From contig JANPJS010000022.1 of NCBI GenBank assembly GCA_031425655.1, forward strand, positions 1 through 10,125: DNA of 10,125 bases, given 5' to 3'. The stretch comes from Abditibacteriaceae bacterium (GTDB lineage Bacteria; Armatimonadota; Abditibacteriia; Abditibacteriales; Abditibacteriaceae). Each line of letters opens with the position of its first letter. Positions within the stretch are counted from its first letter, which is position 1. Below, piece by piece: positions 1 through 5,928 of the stretch. Made by a program: the position numbers and the translations under genes. The notes beneath the pieces are model-generated. The model saw nothing but the letters and a program-made list of their open reading frames with translations, made no database searches and had not been told where the DNA came from.

Positions 1-14
1 TTGGGGGTTTTCAC

Positions 15-37
15 GAGCGGCAAAGCCGCTCTTCTTT
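15..37 (+). terminator. GC-rich hairpin followed by a short T-rich tail; possible intrinsic terminator of a convergent + strand gene outside the window, or a REP-like palindrome
   Basis: GAGCGGC (15-21) - AAA - GCCGCTC (25-31) is a perfect 7-bp stem, followed by TTCTTT (32-37). No + strand gene end is visible in the window. Confidence 0.45.
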
Positions 38-92
38 CACTAACTTAATGCCATTGGGCGATAGCCCCGCTAATTGCGAAACTAATTGTTGT

Positions 93-130
93 CAACAACG
101 GCGGCGAGATTATTCTCGCCGCCGTTGTTG
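93..130. terminator. Perfect 17-bp stem-loop downstream of the minus-strand cluster; probable (possibly bidirectional) terminator
   Basis: CAACAACGGCGGCGAGA (93-109) - TTAT - TCTCGCCGCCGTTGTTG (114-130). It lies 43 nt after the stop codon of the last gene (174). The stem ends in GTTGTTG on both strands and has no canonical poly-U tract. Confidence 0.65.
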
Positions 131-173
131 GTTTGCTACGCAGGCGTGTGGGCGCCTTCATTTAGGCTCAATT

Positions 174-3100
174 TTACTCCGGCGGTGTGGCGGAAAGGCC
201 CAGATTCCACAACTTGTCTTCAGGCGCATGAAGCACAAGTCCGGCGCGAAACGGCGGGTAGCCGACGCAGTAGCCGCGAAACATAACCTGATTCCAGCCG
301 GCGCGCAGTGTCAGCGTTTTGCTTGCGACCTGCTTTATATCGCTATTTGGCACCGGCTTGTAGTCGAGCGCAGGAACGACTTGGCCGTTGAGAAACCAGC
401 GCAAATAAGTTTGCGGATGGCTCTGGAAGCGAAATTCCAATTCCATATCAGCGGGCACATGAATCCACGTCGCGCCATACCAAACTTGCCCAGACGCGCC
501 TAAAATCACGCGCGAATCCAAATCGGCAACCGTCGCGCTGCGCCAGCGCACCTCGCGCGGGTCGGGCCAATAGCCGCGAATCGCTTCGCCTGTAAAAACG
601 GCGTTGAGGTCAACTTTGCCGTCGTCGGGCGGGAATGGCTTGGTCTCGAAAAAGGTGCGCGCCGCGTCTTTAAGCGGGCCGGGCAGGTCGTGTTGAAATT
701 TTTCCGCGCCGGGGCCGCCGAACGGGCCGGCGATTAGCCAGTTTCGCACCGTCACGCCGCCGTCCAAGCCCGCGAACTGCGCGGGCGCCCACGAACCGGG
801 ATAAAGCCGCGCTTCGGTCGGCTCATCGTAGGTTTCGCGGCTGGCCGAGCCGTCGCTGTTGGCCCACCAAAATTTGTTGTGACCGCCGAAAGTCGCCTCG
901 AAATTCACCAGCGTGCGTAGACCTCCGGCGAAAGTCGGCATTTTGGGAATCGCCGCGCGCGGAATGGACGCAAGCAGCACGAAGCCTTTGCCATCGGCGT
1001 CCAACTTGTGCGAAAGCCGCGCTCCGGCGATGGGGCCGGCGTGCGCGAAAGCCGCCGAGCCAACCGGCGTGCGATAAATCTGCGGACGCGCGCCGGGGCT
1101 GTTCCAATCGGGATAAAGGCCCAGCGAAACCGGCGTTGCTTTGCCGTCTTTCTCGAAAATGCCGAAGACGAAACGCGCATCGCCGGGACGCCCGGCAGAT
1201 GATCCGCCGGGTTTGGCGTTAGCATCGCCTTGAACATAAAAACTCAGCGTATCGGCTCGCTGATCGTGCGTGAAAATGCGCTCGATGGGCGGCAACGGCT
1301 TCGCCACGAACGGCGACGATAGGCGCGCGTGCCAACGCAGAAAAATCTCGTCGGGCCGATAAAGCGCACGCACTTCGACGCTTTGCGCTTTATCCGCTTG
1401 CAACGTCACCGGCTCTGCCGATTCCCAGCCGCGCAGCGAGCCATCGAAGGCCACTTCGCCTAATGCGGGCGTAAAACGCGCGATTTTCGCGCTTCCGGCG
1501 CCGCCGCGCAAAGTCAGCGCGATTTCGGGCGGCACGGCGATTTGCGCGGCGGAAATCGTGACACTGCGCTGAAGTGTCGTGAGAGGCCGGACGGGATTTT
1601 CTTTGAGCGACCAGCCTTGCGCCTCGAAGAGCATCGCCGTGTATTTGCCCATCGCAAAGTAGATTTTGCCGTTGTCTTTGTTCGGAAAAACCGTGCCCGC
1701 GAAGAACTCGCCCGGTTGCGGATAAACGCCCGCGACATCTCGGCGAAAACGGCGCCCGTCGGGGAAAATTGTATCCACATAAAGGCCGTCCTCGGTGTAA
1801 AGCAACACGCCGGCGCGCGACTGATCTATGACGCTGACGAGGCCGTTAATCGGACGCCGAAGCCGCATCGCGCCATACATTTCGCCGCGTTCGGCAACGC
1901 GATCTAAGGCGCTGCGGCCCACGCGCCACTTCAATTTGTAGCCGCCTGCGCCGTCGGGAACATAGCGCGAGATTCTGTGCTGCGGCCCTTCATTGGCGCT
2001 GAAATTTCGGCCTCCACGCGCTTGAACATAGTAGCCTTCTGCCGGCAAGCCGTCGGTTTGCGCCCAATCGCTGCTGAAAATCTCGGCGAGTTCGTTTACT
2101 CCGTGAACCGCGTCGGCTTTGCCCGCCGTGCGACTGGCGAAAATCGGGTCGGCAAGCAGCTTTTTCCACGATTTGAAAATCGGATTGCCGTGCGTGTCGA
2201 AGCCGTTCGGCGCCATTCGCCATACGTCCGGCCCGGCCTGATTCATCGCCACGAGCGAAAGATCATCGAGCCAGTTTTCCCCGTGATAACGCAGCAAAGC
2301 GCCGGGCAGCGTCGTCGGGATAGTTGGGTCGTCCACACGCCCGTTGCCATTTGCGTCATGCCAGAAAGCGTAATTCCACTGGTTCGCGGCGCGCTCGCGC
2401 AGAATCGCGGCGGACAGCAGCCAGCGGTCGCCGTCCTGGCGATAAACGTTGTAAGTGCGGCCTCCGGCCAAATAAGCGCGCCCATTGACGCGGAGGAATT
2501 GCGGTTTTTCCATTCCCGGCGCTTTCGGCTCGGTGCCGACATTCGGCCACACGGCGTCCACCGTCCAAGCTCCGGTTGCATAGTCCACTTTGAAGCGCGT
2601 CAGCCAACCGTTTTGGCCGGGAATGTAAATGTGTTCGGGATGCTCCGGGTCAATGGTGTAGCCGTCGTTGGCTTTGGTTTGCAGCGTTTGAAATTCGCGC
2701 AGCAATTTCCCTTCGCTGCTCCATTCGCTGGCGCGATTCGGCCCGTCGTTTTCCACCACGATGAGGCGGTCGTTGCCTGCCGCGTCCGTCCACGTCGCCA
2801 GTTTGCCCGGCGCCATAAAACTTTCGCGGTCGTAAGCGCCCGGTTTTTGCGCCGCGAGTCGTCCGAACGTGCGCAGTATTTTGCCGCTGCGGTCAAGTTG
2901 AAAAACCTTGTTAGCCGCCGCATCGCTGAGATAAAAACGCGCGTGGCTATCGGCTTCTAAGTCGAACGGATGGATATTCGCCGGCACCGCAAAAACGCGC
3001 TGCCACGCCGCGCCGGACATGGTCGCCGCGAGCCTCGTGGCGCTGACCGCGAAGCCGTCGCCGTCGGCGTGCAACGCGAAAAGAACGCCATTTTGCACCG

Positions 3101-4058
3101 CCAAACCGCGCGGACGCGACAGCGGCAGCGTGGCGAGAATTGTCCCGTTGTCGCCGTCGTGAACCGTAATTGCATTCGTGAATTCGGTGTCGCTTTCGAC
3201 GAAGTTACGCTGGCCTCGCTCGACGATTTTGCCGCGTTGCGCCACGATAACCAGCGATTTTCCCGCTGCGTCGTGCGCTGCGGCCATCGCTGTGACCCAG
3301 CCGTCGGGCAAATAAACGTGGTTGCGATTGGCGCCCTCGCTTTTGCCGAACGACTTGCCGTCAGCACGAAATACGAACTTCGGGCCACCGTCGGTGCTGA
3401 AAGCCCAAACGTTTTCGCCGTCGGTGGCGACAACCGGGCCGCCTGCCGCGCCGCCGGAATTAAAAGCGCGCAGAAACTGACCGATTCCGAGCGGTTTTTT
3501 CAAATCGAACAGCGGATAATTGAGGCCATTTTCCAAATAAACGTAACTCCAAACGGCAACGCCGTTCGGCCCGACGGCCACATCGCCCAGCGGCGCGCCG
3601 ACAGGATCGCCGCCGAACGGCTCGGCTTCTTTCCATTGCTGCGGCGAGGGCAGCCACGCCGACGCGCCGCCGACAAATTGCGGCGTGATGCTGTGCCATT
3701 CGCCGTCCACGCGCCATTGCTTCGCCGGCATGAAGATGCCTTTCACGGCATAGTTGCCGGGCGGCACCGGCATGAAATTCTCGTCCAAACCGTCCCATGT
3801 TTCGCTAAATCGGCCCTGATTCTCTTTGGTGACGGTGCGCGGCTGCGCGGCGACGAAGGTGCTGACAATCCAGTCGGGATTCTTCGTGTCGGTAATCGCC
3901 AGCGTCACGCAGTAGGTTTTGGGTAGCGGCCCGGATGTTGGCAGTTGGTAAGTTACGGGCACGCCAACGGGCGCTTGAGCGCCAAAAACACGGCCCGCAA
4001 ATGCGAAAATGAGACACAAAAACACGATGCGGCGCGCAGTGCCATTGCAGAAAGGCAT
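174..4058 (-). CDS. Large secreted multidomain hypothetical protein (1294 aa): signal peptide, FlgD-Ig-like domain, NHL/beta-propeller-like region, putative DOMON/CBM9-like domain, C-terminal PA14-like beta-sandwich
   Basis: Long uninterrupted ORF. N-terminal RR followed by hydrophobic IVFLCLIFAFAGRVFGA. FlgD-Ig-type motif VTLAITD...WDGLDENFMPVPPGNY (WDGLD at 3783-3797). NHL-like blades PRGLAVQNGVLF, PFDLEADSHARFYLSDAAANKVFQLDRSGKILRTFG and DRLIVVENDGPNRASEWSSEGKLLREF. DANGNGRVD loop (2331-2357). FDGSLRGW...VRALYRPDEIFLRW resembles the start of DOMON/CBM9-like domains. WLIAGPF...YGATWIHVP...WFLNGQVV...LRAGWNQVMF is PA14-like. An AGGAG lies 13 nt upstream of the ATG, so the exact start is uncertain. 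The CDS call is confident; the domain names are moderate confidence. Confidence 0.88.
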   Translation of the reverse strand: MPFCNGTARRIVFLCLIFAFAGRVFGAQAPVGVPVTYQLPTSGPLPKTYCVTLAITDTKNPDWIVSTFVAAQPRTVTKENQGRFSETWDGLDENFMPVPPGNYAVKGIFMPAKQWRVDGEWHSITPQFVGGASAWLPSPQQWKEAEPFGGDPVGAPLGDVAVGPNGVAVWSYVYLENGLNYPLFDLKKPLGIGQFLRAFNSGGAAGGPVVATDGENVWAFSTDGGPKFVFRADGKSFGKSEGANRNHVYLPDGWVTAMAAAHDAAGKSLVIVAQRGKIVERGQRNFVESDTEFTNAITVHDGDNGTILATLPLSRPRGLAVQNGVLFALHADGDGFAVSATRLAATMSGAAWQRVFAVPANIHPFDLEADSHARFYLSDAAANKVFQLDRSGKILRTFGRLAAQKPGAYDRESFMAPGKLATWTDAAGNDRLIVVENDGPNRASEWSSEGKLLREFQTLQTKANDGYTIDPEHPEHIYIPGQNGWLTRFKVDYATGAWTVDAVWPNVGTEPKAPGMEKPQFLRVNGRAYLAGGRTYNVYRQDGDRWLLSAAILRERAANQWNYAFWHDANGNGRVDDPTIPTTLPGALLRYHGENWLDDLSLVAMNQAGPDVWRMAPNGFDTHGNPIFKSWKKLLADPIFASRTAGKADAVHGVNELAEIFSSDWAQTDGLPAEGYYVQARGGRNFSANEGPQHRISRYVPDGAGGYKLKWRVGRSALDRVAERGEMYGAMRLRRPINGLVSVIDQSRAGVLLYTEDGLYVDTIFPDGRRFRRDVAGVYPQPGEFFAGTVFPNKDNGKIYFAMGKYTAMLFEAQGWSLKENPVRPLTTLQRSVTISAAQIAVPPEIALTLRGGAGSAKIARFTPALGEVAFDGSLRGWESAEPVTLQADKAQSVEVRALYRPDEIFLRWHARLSSPFVAKPLPPIERIFTHDQRADTLSFYVQGDANAKPGGSSAGRPGDARFVFGIFEKDGKATPVSLGLYPDWNSPGARPQIYRTPVGSAAFAHAGPIAGARLSHKLDADGKGFVLLASIPRAAIPKMPTFAGGLRTLVNFEATFGGHNKFWWANSDGSASRETYDEPTEARLYPGSWAPAQFAGLDGGVTVRNWLIAGPFGGPGAEKFQHDLPGPLKDAARTFFETKPFPPDDGKVDLNAVFTGEAIRGYWPDPREVRWRSATVADLDSRVILGASGQVWYGATWIHVPADMELEFRFQSHPQTYLRWFLNGQVVPALDYKPVPNSDIKQVASKTLTLRAGWNQVMFRGYCVGYPPFRAGLVLHAPEDKLWNLGLSATPPE

Positions 4059-4090
4059 TATGAGAATTTCGCTCCTAATTGTGAACGAGC

Positions 4091-5551
4091 CTAAGCCAAC
4101 AGGCCTTTTACGACTTCGCCCGCAACGTCGGTCAGGCGATAGCGGCGGCCTTGAAACTTATAGGTCATGCGCTCGTGGTCAACGCCGAGAAGATGCAATA
4201 GCGTGGCGTGAAAATCGTGAACGTGAACGCCATCGCGCGCGACGTTGTAGCCCAATTCGTCGGTTTCGCCGTAAACGGTGCCGGGTTTGGTGCCGCCGCC
4301 GGCCATCCAAACCGTGAAGCAGCGCGGATGATGATCGCGCCCGAAATTGCTTTGAATTTTGCCCTGACAATAATTGGTGCGTCCGAATTCGCCACCCCAC
4401 ACCACTAAAGTGTCATCCAACAAGCCGCGCTGTTTGAGGTCGGCGACAAGCGCGGCGGCGGGCTGATCGGTTTCCTTGCAAAGGCCCGGAAGGGCACCCG
4501 GCAAGCCGCCGTGATGATCCCAATCCTGATGATAAAGCTGAATAAAACGCACGCCGCGCTCGGCCAAGCGCCGCGCTTGTAAACAGTTGGCTGCGAAGGT
4601 GCCGGGCGTTTTTACGTCCGGGCCGTAAGCATCCAAAACGCTTTGTGGTTCGCCCGAAATATCGGTCGTTTCGGGGATGCTCGATTGCATCTTGAACGCC
4701 ATTTCGTAGTTGTCAATGCGCGTTTGAATTTCCGCGTCCGGCGTGCCTTGCATTTGATGCTGGTGCAGTTCGCGCAAGCGGTCGAGCAGCAAACGGCGGC
4801 TGTTTTCGCTGGCACCCGCCGGGTTGCCGAGATACAAAACCGGGTCTTGCGCGGCGCGAAACAGCACGCCTTGATGCTTGGCCGCTAAAAAGCCGCTGCC
4901 CCACAAATGCGCGCCCAAAGGCTGGCCGCCTTTGCCTTTGGTAATCAGCACCACGAAGGCGGGCAGATTTTCGTTTTCGTGCCCCAAACCGTAACTGAGC
5001 CACGAACCAATGGAAGGCCGCCCGGCCATTTGTGAGCCGGTTTGCAGAAACGTCACGCCCGGCCCGTGATTGATGGCATCGGTAAACATCGAGCGCGCGA
5101 TGCACAATTCGTCGGCGATTTTGGCCGTATGCGGCAACAATTCGCTCATCCACGCGCCCGATTTTCCGTGTTGCGCGAACTTGAACGGCGATCCGACAAG
5201 CGGAATCGAAGACTGATTGCCCGACATTCCCGTGAGTCGCTGACCGCCGCGAATCGAATCGGGCAACTGCTCGCCCTGACGCTGATTCAGCAGCGGTTTA
5301 TAATCGAACAAATCGAGCTGCGACGGCCCGCCCGACATGAACAAATAAATGACGCGCTTGGCTTTGGGCGCGAAGTGCGGCATTCCGGGCAGGCCGCGAG
5401 TGCCCTCAACCGGATTATCCGACGGCGCGGCAGGCGCAGGAGCCGCGAGGGCATCTTTACCCAGCAATTCGGCTAACGCGACGCTGCCGATGCCCATGCC
5501 GAACTTTTGCAAGAACTGGCGGCGGCTGGTGAAAGGAGAATTGGAGTTCAT
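4091..5551 (-). CDS. DUF1501 domain-containing protein (sulfatase/alkaline-phosphatase-like), Tat-exported, ~486 aa
   Basis: Family motifs KAKRVIYLFMSGGPSQLDLFDYKP, ARRLAERGVRFIQLYHQDWDHH, LVADLKQRGLLDDTLVVWGGEFGRT, GRDHHPRCFTVWMAGGG and HVHDFHATLLHLLGVDHERMTYKFQGRRYRLTDV. Twin-arginine SRRQFLQ (5507-5527) follows MNSNSPFT, placing the start at ATG 5551 rather than the ORF-track start at 5722. Confidence 0.93.
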   Translation of the reverse strand: MNSNSPFTSRRQFLQKFGMGIGSVALAELLGKDALAAPAPAAPSDNPVEGTRGLPGMPHFAPKAKRVIYLFMSGGPSQLDLFDYKPLLNQRQGEQLPDSIRGGQRLTGMSGNQSSIPLVGSPFKFAQHGKSGAWMSELLPHTAKIADELCIARSMFTDAINHGPGVTFLQTGSQMAGRPSIGSWLSYGLGHENENLPAFVVLITKGKGGQPLGAHLWGSGFLAAKHQGVLFRAAQDPVLYLGNPAGASENSRRLLLDRLRELHQHQMQGTPDAEIQTRIDNYEMAFKMQSSIPETTDISGEPQSVLDAYGPDVKTPGTFAANCLQARRLAERGVRFIQLYHQDWDHHGGLPGALPGLCKETDQPAAALVADLKQRGLLDDTLVVWGGEFGRTNYCQGKIQSNFGRDHHPRCFTVWMAGGGTKPGTVYGETDELGYNVARDGVHVHDFHATLLHLLGVDHERMTYKFQGRRYRLTDVAGEVVKGLLA

Positions 5552-5564
5552 GGCATTTCCGTTT
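5551..5564. repeat. Copy 1 of an imperfect direct repeat flanking the inserted segment (TGGCATTTCCGTTT)
   Basis: Identical to 5914-5928 except for one missing base. Overlaps the A of the DUF1501 start codon. Confidence 0.75.
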
Positions 5565-5598
5565 AAGTCAGATAAATGTTGCATTGCAGGCATCCGTA

Positions 5599-5889
5599 TC
5601 AAGCCGCAAAGACAAGAAAGTAAAAAGCTGCAAAGGGAATCATTAGCAGAATTCCTTCGATAAGAATTGTGCGAAATGAAACGCAGTTTGCCTTTTGAGC
5701 CGACAGCCAAGCAGCAGGCCACAGCATCAAAAAAGGAACTTTTGCAGCGTTCCTGAAGTTCTCCTCACTCAGATCGTCGGCGCGGTGCATCAGGATGAAT
5801 GTGGCATACATTGCTCCCAGCAACAGAATAATCGCGAACACAGAAAACCCAAAATGCGGATGATTACGGTTGTCTGTGTGCATTCTCAT
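5599..5889 (-). CDS. Small hypothetical integral membrane protein (94-96 aa, 2-3 TM segments) on a low-GC insert
   Basis: The ORF fills the gap between the DUF1553 and DUF1501 genes on the same strand. Hydrophobic segments are FGFSVFAIILLLGAMYATFILM, VPFLMLWPAAWL and ILIEGILLMIPFAAFYFLVFAA. AGGA lies 7 nt upstream of the second ATG (5883), which may be the true start. Hand count gives 141/300 G+C (47%) for 5581-5880. Confidence 0.65.
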   Translation of the reverse strand: MRMHTDNRNHPHFGFSVFAIILLLGAMYATFILMHRADDLSEENFRNAAKVPFLMLWPAAWLSAQKANCVSFRTILIEGILLMIPFAAFYFLVFAA

Positions 5890-5913
5890 ATCCTGCTCTC
5901 AGCGTGGGAATGT

Positions 5914-5928
5914 TGGCATTTACCGTTT
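5914..5928. repeat. Copy 2 of the imperfect direct repeat (TGGCATTTACCGTTT)
   Basis: On the minus strand it reads AAA CGG TAA ATGCCA, covering the last two codons and stop of the DUF1553 gene. Matches 5551-5564 with a single indel. Confidence 0.75.

Noticed and set aside
48..503. 151-aa + strand ORF, and the other short ORFs nested in the major genes
   Set aside because: It runs through the terminator-like hairpin and is antisense to the 1294-aa gene, with no recognisable family features. The other nested ORFs are likewise alternative-frame or antisense shadows.
1977..3926. Long + strand ORFs of 327 aa (1977-2960) and 318 aa (2970-3926)
   Set aside because: Both are antisense to the well-supported 1294-aa gene, Arg/Ala/Val-rich and without recognisable motifs; typical shadow ORFs in GC-rich DNA.
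4010..4058. Lipoprotein or Tat signal in the 1294-aa protein (ARRIVFLC)
   Set aside because: RR is not in a good S/T-R-R-x-F-L-K context and neither Cys follows a lipobox at the end of the hydrophobic stretch. An ordinary Sec signal is more likely.
5552..5722. 57-aa N-terminal extension of the DUF1501 ORF given in the ORF track (start 5722)
   Set aside because: It would bury the Tat motif about 65 residues deep, overlaps the small membrane ORF in another frame and lies in the low-GC insert. ATG 5551 fits far better.
5551..5928. Integron cassette (attC) or IS element as the explanation for the insert
   Set aside because: I find no RYYYAAC...GTTRRRY pair with an internal palindrome, no terminal inverted repeats, and no integrase or transposase in the window.
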